A stretch of 64,000 bases of DNA from an uncultured Gemmatimonadota bacterium. GTDB lineage: Bacteria; JAAXHH01. Positions 40,291 to 49,680 of this stretch are shown piece after piece. The stretch spans positions 2,880,001 to 2,944,000 of the forward strand of contig OX638340.1 in the NCBI GenBank assembly GCA_951812955.1. Direction: 5' to 3'. The notes under the pieces are model-generated. The model searched no databases, was not told the DNA's origin, and was given only the letters and a program-made list of their open reading frames with translations. Position 1 is the first letter of the stretch, and each line of letters starts with the position of its first letter. A program made the translations under genes and the position numbers.

Positions 40291-40370
40291 TATTTCTTGT
40301 ATATTTCCGGGTCTGTGAGATATACTCGTTTCAAGCGGTATATTCATGTCCTAAGTTTTTAGGAGACAGA

Positions 40371-41813
40371 ATGGCGAAGACGGTATACGACCGGTGTATC
40401 TTTTTCCTCGTCGACGGCGCCCGCGAAGACGTCATGCGGGAAATGACCGAGGCGGGCGAACTGCCTGCCCTGCGGCGCTACGTGCTGGACAGGGGAGACT
40501 ACCGAAAGGCGGTGACTTCGTTTCCGTCCACGACCGGTCCGGCCCATGTGCCCTTTCTGACCGGTTGTACGCCCGGTTCGTGCAATCTCCCCGGAATCCG
40601 CTGGTTCGACCGGTCCCAGCCCAATGGTCTCACCCATTTCCGCCAGGCGCGCAGTTACGTGGGTCCGGGAGGCCTGTATATCGACCAGGACCTCAAGGAT
40701 GAAGTCCACACCATCTTCGAGTACTTCGAGCGCCCGGCGGGGGTCTTCAGTTTTGTGAACAGGGGATTGGGCATATTCGAAAACCGGACGCTGCTGACCA
40801 GGGGCTGGTACTGGCTATACGCCCATTACTCCGGCCAGTGGCAGGCCGTGGACGACGCGGCCTGGCGGTACATCGACCGGGCCGTTGACCAGGGCGCCGA
40901 TTTCCTGTCGGTCGTATTCCCCGCGGTGGACGAATACTCGCATTACACCGATCCATTTTCGGACGCCACGTTGAACGCGTACCGGGAATTCGACCGGGGG
41001 CTCGGCAGGTTGGCGGAGCGGCTTCAACGGCAGGACAGACTGGACAGTACGCTTTTCGTGATCTCCAGCGATCATGGCCTGACCTCTACGCACACGCACT
41101 TCGAACTTTGGTCGTTTTTTGACGAATTGGGATTCAACACGCTGTATTATCCCCGGATCCTGCGCAACGGATGCGACGCGGCAACTATGGTCTCGGGCAA
41201 CGGCATGGCGCATATCTACCTCAAGAAAGGCGACTCCTGGGAAGAAAGGCCTTCCTACGAGGAGATCCGCACGCTGGGGGAAACGGACCCGATCGAAGCC
41301 CTGCTGGGGCAGGAGGCGATCGACCTTGTGGCGGCGGTCCAGGATGACTCGGTCATCGTCTGCGGGCGCCGGGGGATCAGTGAAATTAGGGAGACGCCCG
41401 AAGGCATCGCGTACCGGGTTATTGAGGGCCAGGATCCGTTCGGCTATGGAGGCATCCCGGCTGAAGCGTCCGATGAGCAATTGCTCTCCGCCACGTTCGA
41501 CACGGACTATCCCGACGCGCCTTACCAATTGCTGCGTGTCCTCGGTTCTCCGCGGTCGGGCGATTTGATCGTCAGTGCGCGAAAAGGCTACGATCTGAGA
41601 TACCGGTACGAGCATCCTGAGCACAAGTCGACCCATGGTTCACTGCATCGCGACCATATGCACGTTCCCTTGATGATGAATACGGAGATTGCGGCGGACC
41701 ACGTGCGCACCGTGGACCTCTTCCCCGCCATGCTGAACCTGACGGGGCGTTTGGTCGAAGGAACTATTGACGGCAGAGATTCTGTCACCGCCGCTTCGCG
41801 TGCGGTGGCGTAG
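40371..41813 (+). CDS. type I phosphodiesterase / nucleotide pyrophosphatase (NPP, alkaline-phosphatase superfamily)
   Basis: FPSTTGPAHVPFLTG metal/nucleophile-Thr motif and further NPP-like blocks (SSDHG). AGGAGA RBS. Confidence 0.7.
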   Translation: MAKTVYDRCIFFLVDGAREDVMREMTEAGELPALRRYVLDRGDYRKAVTSFPSTTGPAHVPFLTGCTPGSCNLPGIRWFDRSQPNGLTHFRQARSYVGPGGLYIDQDLKDEVHTIFEYFERPAGVFSFVNRGLGIFENRTLLTRGWYWLYAHYSGQWQAVDDAAWRYIDRAVDQGADFLSVVFPAVDEYSHYTDPFSDATLNAYREFDRGLGRLAERLQRQDRLDSTLFVISSDHGLTSTHTHFELWSFFDELGFNTLYYPRILRNGCDAATMVSGNGMAHIYLKKGDSWEERPSYEEIRTLGETDPIEALLGQEAIDLVAAVQDDSVIVCGRRGISEIRETPEGIAYRVIEGQDPFGYGGIPAEASDEQLLSATFDTDYPDAPYQLLRVLGSPRSGDLIVSARKGYDLRYRYEHPEHKSTHGSLHRDHMHVPLMMNTEIAADHVRTVDLFPAMLNLTGRLVEGTIDGRDSVTAASRAVA

Positions 41814-41822
41814 GAGTAATCC

Positions 41823-42914
41823 ATGTCCGAGCAGGTCCAGATTGCCCCGGCGCCGGAACCTGTCCCGCCGTCTCCCGCGCTGCCCGTACTGCAACCGGAC
41901 TCGGGCTATCTCGGGTACGACCGGGCGCTGTTGCGGCCCATGTCCCTCGGCACTAAGCTCCGAGCCTTGTTCAAGTACCTCTGGGTACGATTGAAGGGCG
42001 GACCGATGGCGGTGAACATGGAGGTGACCTATCTGTGCAACGCCACCTGCGATTTCTGTGATTACTGGAAGACGAAACGTTCAGGCAAGCTGGGCGATTA
42101 CGACTACATGGAGGCGCTCAGGAAGCTGAACCCCCTGACGGTCACGCTGACCGGCGGGGAACCCATGATCAACAAGCGACTGCCCGAGGCGGTCAGACGC
42201 ATCAAGGATGGCCTGGGATTCGTTTATATCGGCATGGTCACCCACGGATCTCTGCTGACCGTAGAAAAGGCCATGGCCCTGTGGGATGCCGGCGTGGACC
42301 ACATTTCGATCTCGTTGAACTATATCGGCCGCGAACATGACGAGGAACGGGGTATCGCGGGTTTGTACGAGCATATCTCCACGCTCGTTCCCCAGCTGAC
42401 GGCCCGAGGGGTCAACGTGATCTTCAACACGGTGATCATGCGTGAGAACCTGGACCACGTCGTACCCATCGCGCACCTGGCGCGTTCTATGGGCGCGAAG
42501 GTTTCCTACAGTTGCTACAGCGACTACAAGAATGGGAACGAAACCCACCTTGTGGATCCCGGTCACGAGGAGCAGTTGGAATCCGTGATCGAGGATCTGA
42601 TCTACCAGAAATCCCGATTGGGAAACATCGTCAATTCCGCCTGGTACTTGCGCCGGATCCCCGATTACTTCCAGGATGCGCTTCCAAGGTCCTGCACGGC
42701 AGCGGGCAAGTGGCTGGTGCAACTGACTCCCGACGGCAACGTAAAACCCTGTGCGGAACTGCCCGTAATGTCCGGGTATGCCGATTTCAAGCGGGTTTCA
42801 ACGAAGATCGACTGCAACCGGTGCTGGTACAGTTGCCGGGGTGAGACCGAATCTTCGTTGAAGCTTGTAAGGGTGCTGGAAGGCCTGGGCAGGGCCTGGC
42901 GCAGTAGCGCTTAA
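41823..42914 (+). CDS. radical SAM enzyme with C-terminal SPASM/twitch-like Cys cluster
   Basis: CNATCDFCDYW (CxxxCxxC) plus C-terminal Cys-rich CAELPV...CNRCWYSCRGE. AGGAG RBS. Confidence 0.75.
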   Translation: MSEQVQIAPAPEPVPPSPALPVLQPDSGYLGYDRALLRPMSLGTKLRALFKYLWVRLKGGPMAVNMEVTYLCNATCDFCDYWKTKRSGKLGDYDYMEALRKLNPLTVTLTGGEPMINKRLPEAVRRIKDGLGFVYIGMVTHGSLLTVEKAMALWDAGVDHISISLNYIGREHDEERGIAGLYEHISTLVPQLTARGVNVIFNTVIMRENLDHVVPIAHLARSMGAKVSYSCYSDYKNGNETHLVDPGHEEQLESVIEDLIYQKSRLGNIVNSAWYLRRIPDYFQDALPRSCTAAGKWLVQLTPDGNVKPCAELPVMSGYADFKRVSTKIDCNRCWYSCRGETESSLKLVRVLEGLGRAWRSSA

Positions 42915-45900
42915 ACTACTACCGGCGCCAGTTCCCGGGCGAGGATCTTCCCGGTATGGGACAACAGGGACGCTGCGATATCCTCGGGCGTACCCGCGGC
43001 AACCACGTGACCGCCCCGGTCACCGCCTTCCGGACCTAGATCGACGATCCAGTCGGCCGTCTTGATGACGTCCAGGTTGTGTTCGATGACGAGCACGGTG
43101 TTCCCCTTGTCCACCAGCCTGTTGAGGACGTTCAGCAACTTGCGGATGTCGTCGAAGTGCAGCCCGGTGGTCGGCTCGTCCAGCAGGTAGACGGTCTTGC
43201 CGGTACCCGGCCGCGAGAGCTCCTTCGCCAGCTTGACGCGTTGCGCCTCGCCTCCCGAGAGCGTAATGGCCGACTGGCCGAGCTTGATGTAGTCGAGTCC
43301 CACGTCGTAAAGCGTCTGCAACATACGCCGGATGCGGGGCACGTTCTCGAAGTGCTCCAGGGCTTCGGCCACGGTCATCTCCAGCGTATCCGCGATCGTC
43401 TTACCCTTGTAGGTCACTTCCAGCGTCTCCTTCATGTAGCGCTTGCCGTCGCACACTTCGCAGGTCATCCACACGTCCGCCAGGAAATGCATCTCGATCT
43501 TGCGCACGCCGAGTCCCTGGCAGGCCTCGCACCGTCCAGCGGGCACGTTGAAGCTGAACCGTCGGGGTTCGTAGCCCCGCATCCGAGCCTCCACGGTCCG
43601 GGAGAAGAGCGACCGGATCGGCGCGAAGAGCCCGACGTAGGTGGATGGATCCGACCTGGGGGAATGGCCGATCGGGGTCTGGTCGATGTTTATGACCTTG
43701 TCCACGAACCGCAACCCCTTGATTTCATCGTGGGGTCCAGGGTTTACCTGGGCGCGGTGCAGGGTGGAGGCCAGCACAGGATGAAGGATGTCGTTGACGA
43801 GCGAGCTCTTTCCCGAACCGGACACCCCTGTGACGCAGATGAAAACGCCAAGGGGCAACGTCACGTCGATGTTCTTCAGGTTGTTCTGGCGCGCCCCGAG
43901 GATGCTAAGCCTGTTCCGGCCCGGCTTGCGGCGGTCCCGCGGCACTTCGATGCGAAGCCTGTTTCCCAGGTAACTGCCGGTGAGTGAAGTCTCGAGTTCC
44001 CTGAGGGCGGCGGGGGTGCCTTCGCCCACGATCCGGCCTCCGAACACCCCCGCTCCCGGTCCGAAATCCACCAGGTTGTCGGCATGCTCCAGCGTGTCGC
44101 GGTCGTGTTCGACCATGATCAGCGTATTGCCGAGATCGCGCAGGTTCTCCAGGGCATGGATCAGCCTGAGGTTGTCCCGCGGGTGAAGCCCGATCGTGGG
44201 TTCGTCCAGCACGTAGAGCACGCCGGTCAGCCCCGATCCGATCTGGCTGGCCAAACGGATTCGCTGTGCTTCGCCGCCCGATAGCGAGGGCGCCCGGCGG
44301 TCGAGGGTCAGGTATTCCAGCCCCACGTCGAGGAGGAAGCGCATGCGGTTTCTGATTTCCTTCATCACCTCGCCCACGACTTCCCGCTGCGGCGCCGAGA
44401 GTTTCAGGCCTTCGATGAAGTCCAGGGCACGGTCGGTGGACATGGCGCATAGCGCCGCAATGGACACGCCGTCGATCAGCACGGAAAGGCTTTCGGATCG
44501 GAGCCGTCCGCCTTCACATGCCGAGCAGGGCGTCGGCTGCAGGAGGCGGGCCAGTTCGGGAAAGCGGTTCGCGTAGCGGGCGACCAGTTCCACGGCCGGG
44601 AAGATGCCCCGGAACTGGAAGGACAGGCCGGGGACCCGTTGGTCCTCTATCCACCGGTCGCTGCCATAGAGCAACACCTGGAGCTGTTCTGCCGACAGCG
44701 CTTCAACGGGCGTCTCCAGGTTGAATCCCTGGGTGGACGCCACCAGTTCAAGCAGGTCGAGTATGGACCGTTCGCCCACCGTGCCTTCCTCCCAGATCGC
44801 AGCCGCGGCGTCCCTTATGGATTTCGAACGATCGGGAATCAACAGGTCGAGATCGATGCCGGGCTGGGTTCCGAGTCCCTCGCAATCGGGGCACATGCCC
44901 GCCCGGTGGTTGAATGAGAAGCTCTGGGGCGAGAGTTCGTCGTAACTGACTCCGCAGGCGGGACACGAATAGTACCGGCTGAAGCGGATATCGTGTGGAC
45001 CGGCGGAATCCGGTTCCTGCACCTCGGCGATCAGCAATCCCCCCGATAGGTCCAATGCCGTCTCCACCGAATCGGCCAGGCGCTGTCGGACGTCGCCCTG
45101 CATGACGATCCGGTCTACCACCACGCACAGTTCGTGGCGCCGCCGCCGGTCGATCTGAATGTCCTCTTCGAGCCGCCGCAACACGCCATCGATGCGTACC
45201 CGGATGAACCCGTTCCGGCGGGCCCTGTCCAGAAGGGCATCGTATCCCTCGGCGCCTTCGGGTTCCAGCGGCGCATGCAGCGTGGCGCGGGTCTGCTCCG
45301 GGAGGGTCATGATGCGGTCCACGATCTGGCTGGGCGTCTGCGCGCCGATGGGAACGCGGCAGGCGGGGCAGTGGGGCGCGCCGACCAGGGCGTAGAGTGC
45401 GCGCAGGTACTCGTAGATCTCCGTAATGGTGCCCACCGTGGAGCGTGGGTTCCGGCCCGGCGCCTTCTGTTCGATGGATATGGCCGGGGAAAGGCCGACG
45501 ATATGGTCCACCTTCGGCTTCTGCATCTGCTGGAGGAACTGGCGCGCGTAGGCTGAAAGGGATTCCACGTACCGTCTCTGGCCTTCCGCGTAGATCGTAT
45601 CGAGGGCCAGGGAAGTTTTCCCGGAGCCGGAAACGCCCGTGAACACGGTCATCCGGTCCCGGGGGACAGCCACGGTGAGGTCACGCAGGTTGTGCTCCCG
45701 CGCGCCGCGCACGGTGATCTCCCGTATGTGGCCGTCTCCTGCTGCGTCCTGCCTGACCGGTTTAGGAGCCACGGGGAGCGCCCGGGGCCGAAGCGCCTTC
45801 TCCAGGATCCGGCCCGTGGACGATCCGTCGACGCCCGCCACGGTCTCCGGCGTTCCCTCCGCGATGACGCGGCCGCCCGCGTCGCCGCCCTCCGGGCCCA

Positions 45901-48613
45901 GGTCGATGATCCAGTCGGCCGTCTTGATCACGTCGATGTTATGTTCGATGACAACGACGGTGTTGCCCTTGTCCACGAAGGCGTTCAGCACGGCGAGCAG
46001 ATGGGTGATGTCTTCGAAATGCAGGCCGGTCGTCGGTTCGTCCAGCACGTACATGGTCCGTCCCGTGCTTCGCTTGCACAGTTCACGGCCCAGCTTGATG
46101 CGCTGCGCCTCGCCCCCCGACAGCGTGGGCGCGGGCTGGCCCAGCTTGATATACCCCAGGCCTACGTCGTAGAGCGTCCTCAGCACCCGTGCGATGGACG
46201 GAACGTGCTCGAACAGTTCAAGCGCCTCCTGCACGTCCAGGTCGAGCACGTCGGCAATGGAGCGTCCCTTGTATTTCACCTCCAGGGTTTCCCGGTCGAA
46301 GCGCCTGCCTTCGCAAACGGGACAGGAGACCCACATATCCGCCAGGAAGTCCATCTCCACCCGCGTAGCCCCGTTGCCCTGGCAGGCTTCGCACCGGCCG
46401 CCCCGCACGTTGAAGCTGAACCGTCCCGGCCGGTAACCGCGCAACCTGGCTTCGGGGGTTTCGGCGAAGAGGGAGCGGATCGCGTCGAAGACCTTCGTGT
46501 AGGTTGCCGGATTCGATCTGGGCGTGCGGCCGATGGGGGCCTGGTCGATGTTGATCACCTTGTCCAGGTGCCCGACGCCCTTGAGGCCGTCATGTTCGCC
46601 CGGGTCCGTGCCGGCCTTGTTCAGCAGACGGGCCAGAGCCGCGTACAGGATGTCGTTGATCAGCGAGCTTTTACCGGAACCGGACACGCCCGTTACGCAC
46701 GTAAACCGTCCCACGGGCAGGCGCACGTCCAGGTTCTTGAGGTTGTTCTGACGGGCGCCCTGGATCATCAGCCACTTATCGGCCTCGCCGCGGCGCAAGG
46801 CCGGAATCGGGATCGTCTTCTTCCCGCACAGATACTGCCCGGTCAACGAAGCGGCGCTGGCTGCCACTATGCCGGGGCGGCCTTCGGCCACGATCTCGCC
46901 GCCGTTGACGCCGGCGCCCGGACCAAAATCCACGATGTGGTCGGAAGCCCACATGGTTTCTTCATCGTGCTCGACAATGATGACCGTATTGCCCTGGTCC
47001 CGCAACTGGCCCAGGGTATCCAAAAGCCGCCGGTTGTCCCTGGGATGCAGTCCGATACTCGGTTCGTCGAGCACGTACATCACGCCGACGAGCCCGCGGC
47101 CGATCTGGCTCGCGAGACGTATGCGCTGCGCCTCTCCGCCTGATAGCGTCGGCGCCGTGCGTTCCAGCGAAAGGTATTCGAGGCCCACGTTGAGGAGGAA
47201 GTCGAGCCGGGCGACTATTTCCTTGAGCGCTTCGTCGCCGATCTGGCGTTCGGCATCCGAAAGGGTCAGCTTCCGAAAGAAAGCGCGGATATCCAGTATC
47301 GGCAACCGGCACAGCGCGGCGATGGAGAGGCCGCCCAGGGTGACGGAAAGCGCTTCTGGCTTGAGGCGTTCTCCGCCGCAGCGATCGCATTGGCCTATGG
47401 CCATGTACCGTTCGATCTCGGTCTTGTGCCTGGGGGACTTGAGCGTATGGTACCGTTTTTCTAGGTCGGGAACGACCCCGTTGAACCGGTCCTTGTGCGA
47501 CCACTCGCCGCCCTTCCCGTTGTGGAAGGTGAAGGTGATTCGCTTGTATCCCAGGCCGTACAGCACCACCTTCCGCGCCTCTTCGTCCAACCGTTCCCAT
47601 GGCGTGTCCAGGCTGAAACCCACGTGTTGGGCTATCCCCTCGAAAAAGTGCCGTTTCCACTGGTTGGCGATGGTGCCGAGGGGTTCGATCGCCCCTTCGT
47701 TAATGGACTTCGCCGGATCGGGAATGATGAGCCTGGGTTCGATCCGCATCATGGTGCCCAGGCCGTGACAGTTCGGGCACATGCCCTGGGGGCTGTTGAA
47801 GGAGAACAGTTGCGGCGTGGGCTCCTCGTAACTCAGGTCACACGCGTTGCAGGCGTACCGCGTGCTGAAGAGCAGATCAGAAGTCCGGCCGTCCCCCTCC
47901 ATCTGGACCAACACGGAACCCTGGCTCAGGTGCAACGCGCCTTCCACCGCCTCGACCAGGCGGGTGCGGATGTCCTCCCGCACGACGAGCCTATCCGTCA
48001 CCACTTCGATCGTGTGCCGCATGTTTCGGTCCAGATCCGGATCCTCGGAGAGGTTGACGACGTCGCCGTTCACCCGGGCGCGCAGGTAGCCCTGCCGGCG
48101 CAGGTCCTCGAAGAGGTCCCGGTATTCGCCGCGGCGCCCCTGGATGACCGGCGCCAGTACGAGCAGCCGCGTTCCTTCGGGAAGCGCCAGGATCCGCGCG
48201 ACGATCTGTTCGAGGGTCTGCGCCCCTATCGACCCACCGCATTTCATGCAGTGAGGCGCCCCTACCCGGGCATACAGCACGCGCAGGAAGTCGTAGATCT
48301 CCGTGATCGTCCCGACGGTGGAACGGGGGTTCAGCCCGGCGGTTTTCTGTTCGATGGAGATGGCGGGCGCCAGTCCCGTGATCCGGTCGACGTCGGGTTT
48401 CTGCATCTGGCCGAGGAACTGTCTCGCGTAGGCCGATAGGGATTCGACGTAGCGCCGCTGGCCCTCCGCGTAAAGGGTATCGAAAGCCAGCGAAGACTTG
48501 CCGGATCCGGATACGCCGGTGAAGCAGATCAGTGCGTCTTTCGGCAGATCCAGGCTCACGTTCTTCAGGTTGTGAACGCGGGCCCCTTTGATTTGTATGG
48601 ATGTTGCGGCCAT
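42911..48613 (-). CDS. uvrA: tandem-duplicated UvrA (UvrA-UvrA fusion, about 1900 aa)
   Basis: Two complete UvrA units in one frame. Each has N- and C-terminal ABC modules (GVSGSGKS twice), three Zn-finger Cys pairs and a UvrB-binding-like insert. The units are joined by a ~20-aa Pro-rich linker. Start MAATSIQIKGARVHNL aligns with the canonical UvrA N-terminus. Confidence 0.85.
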   Translation of the reverse strand: MAATSIQIKGARVHNLKNVSLDLPKDALICFTGVSGSGKSSLAFDTLYAEGQRRYVESLSAYARQFLGQMQKPDVDRITGLAPAISIEQKTAGLNPRSTVGTITEIYDFLRVLYARVGAPHCMKCGGSIGAQTLEQIVARILALPEGTRLLVLAPVIQGRRGEYRDLFEDLRRQGYLRARVNGDVVNLSEDPDLDRNMRHTIEVVTDRLVVREDIRTRLVEAVEGALHLSQGSVLVQMEGDGRTSDLLFSTRYACNACDLSYEEPTPQLFSFNSPQGMCPNCHGLGTMMRIEPRLIIPDPAKSINEGAIEPLGTIANQWKRHFFEGIAQHVGFSLDTPWERLDEEARKVVLYGLGYKRITFTFHNGKGGEWSHKDRFNGVVPDLEKRYHTLKSPRHKTEIERYMAIGQCDRCGGERLKPEALSVTLGGLSIAALCRLPILDIRAFFRKLTLSDAERQIGDEALKEIVARLDFLLNVGLEYLSLERTAPTLSGGEAQRIRLASQIGRGLVGVMYVLDEPSIGLHPRDNRRLLDTLGQLRDQGNTVIIVEHDEETMWASDHIVDFGPGAGVNGGEIVAEGRPGIVAASAASLTGQYLCGKKTIPIPALRRGEADKWLMIQGARQNNLKNLDVRLPVGRFTCVTGVSGSGKSSLINDILYAALARLLNKAGTDPGEHDGLKGVGHLDKVINIDQAPIGRTPRSNPATYTKVFDAIRSLFAETPEARLRGYRPGRFSFNVRGGRCEACQGNGATRVEMDFLADMWVSCPVCEGRRFDRETLEVKYKGRSIADVLDLDVQEALELFEHVPSIARVLRTLYDVGLGYIKLGQPAPTLSGGEAQRIKLGRELCKRSTGRTMYVLDEPTTGLHFEDITHLLAVLNAFVDKGNTVVVIEHNIDVIKTADWIIDLGPEGGDAGGRVIAEGTPETVAGVDGSSTGRILEKALRPRALPVAPKPVRQDAAGDGHIREITVRGAREHNLRDLTVAVPRDRMTVFTGVSGSGKTSLALDTIYAEGQRRYVESLSAYARQFLQQMQKPKVDHIVGLSPAISIEQKAPGRNPRSTVGTITEIYEYLRALYALVGAPHCPACRVPIGAQTPSQIVDRIMTLPEQTRATLHAPLEPEGAEGYDALLDRARRNGFIRVRIDGVLRRLEEDIQIDRRRRHELCVVVDRIVMQGDVRQRLADSVETALDLSGGLLIAEVQEPDSAGPHDIRFSRYYSCPACGVSYDELSPQSFSFNHRAGMCPDCEGLGTQPGIDLDLLIPDRSKSIRDAAAAIWEEGTVGERSILDLLELVASTQGFNLETPVEALSAEQLQVLLYGSDRWIEDQRVPGLSFQFRGIFPAVELVARYANRFPELARLLQPTPCSACEGGRLRSESLSVLIDGVSIAALCAMSTDRALDFIEGLKLSAPQREVVGEVMKEIRNRMRFLLDVGLEYLTLDRRAPSLSGGEAQRIRLASQIGSGLTGVLYVLDEPTIGLHPRDNLRLIHALENLRDLGNTLIMVEHDRDTLEHADNLVDFGPGAGVFGGRIVGEGTPAALRELETSLTGSYLGNRLRIEVPRDRRKPGRNRLSILGARQNNLKNIDVTLPLGVFICVTGVSGSGKSSLVNDILHPVLASTLHRAQVNPGPHDEIKGLRFVDKVINIDQTPIGHSPRSDPSTYVGLFAPIRSLFSRTVEARMRGYEPRRFSFNVPAGRCEACQGLGVRKIEMHFLADVWMTCEVCDGKRYMKETLEVTYKGKTIADTLEMTVAEALEHFENVPRIRRMLQTLYDVGLDYIKLGQSAITLSGGEAQRVKLAKELSRPGTGKTVYLLDEPTTGLHFDDIRKLLNVLNRLVDKGNTVLVIEHNLDVIKTADWIVDLGPEGGDRGGHVVAAGTPEDIAASLLSHTGKILARELAPVVV

Positions 48614-48844
48614 GGGAATCAAGCCGGATTCAGCGGGTCGTTGGATCAGGGCGAACGGCGGCGGCACAGCAAGCGAAAGATGCTATACGGGTGTTTAGAA
48701 ATCAAGGTATTTTCAAGGTGGACCGTGAATGGCGGAAAAGACGCTTGTTCTATGCCGTTACCGGAGTTAACGTGGTGTCGGCCGGTCCATCAGAATGCGG
48801 CGCGCCGGCCCGCCGCAGCCGATGTCGGAAACGGGACGATCATC

Positions 48845-49570
48845 ATGTCGAACGACTGGTATATCGAATACTTCGACGAAGACTACTACCATTTCGACCA
48901 CCACGAGGATACGGATCTCGAAGTGGACGGACTCGCGCGCCTGTTGGACCGCCGCGAGAGGAAAAGGATACTGGACATTGGCTGCGGCTACGGACGGGTC
49001 AGCACACCGTTGCGGAAACGCGGCTATCGGGTCGTGGGCTACGACCTGTCCCCCGCCCTGCTGAAACGGGCCCGTGAAGGGGATCCCGGGGGAATCTGGG
49101 TCAGGGGAGACATGCGTGAACTGCCCTTTGCCGGAGCATTCGACACGGCCATCAGCCTGTTTAATGCCTTCGGGTACTTCGAAGAAGAAGAAGAAAACTT
49201 CAGGGTCCTGAAGTCTGTTTCGGAGGCATTGCACCCCGGCGGGCTGTTCGTATGCCAACTCGTCAACCGGGACTACCTTGTCCGCCGGTTCGCCGCCCAG
49301 GAAGTCCACCGCCGGGGAGACCTGGTCATACTGGAAGAGCGCGATTTCGATGCGATCGCGAACAGGGTGCTAACCAGGACGACCGTGATCAGTGGCGCGG
49401 ACAGACGGGAGTACGCGTCTTCCATCCGTGTCTACACCGTGACCGAGCTGGACCTGCTCCTGGCCGCTGCCGGCATGACGATACGGGAAGTCCACGGCGG
49501 ACTCGATTTCAGACCCTACGACTGGGATACGAACCAGTTGGTCATCATCGCCGAAAGAACCGATCGGTAG
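48845..49570 (+). CDS. class I SAM-dependent methyltransferase
   Basis: ILDIGCGYGRV motif I and an acidic motif II. The longer 5' ORF overlaps uvrA and is unlikely to be coding. Confidence 0.65.
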   Translation: MSNDWYIEYFDEDYYHFDHHEDTDLEVDGLARLLDRRERKRILDIGCGYGRVSTPLRKRGYRVVGYDLSPALLKRAREGDPGGIWVRGDMRELPFAGAFDTAISLFNAFGYFEEEEENFRVLKSVSEALHPGGLFVCQLVNRDYLVRRFAAQEVHRRGDLVILEERDFDAIANRVLTRTTVISGADRREYASSIRVYTVTELDLLLAAAGMTIREVHGGLDFRPYDWDTNQLVIIAERTDR

Positions 49571-49680
49571 AGGATCCCGGGTGGCTCCGGTTTCCAATAA
49601 GCTTGACAAGACCCTGGTCCAATCTTAGGATTCAATGTCATTTCATTCTGTCTGAATACGGGAAAAACAAAGGATTCTAC

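Noticed and set aside
43079-48439. Several 300-480-aa plus-strand ORFs (43079-43987, 45692-47143, 47495-48439)
   Set aside because: All are antisense to the tandem uvrA gene, whose reading frame is strongly supported by conserved ABC and zinc-finger motifs.
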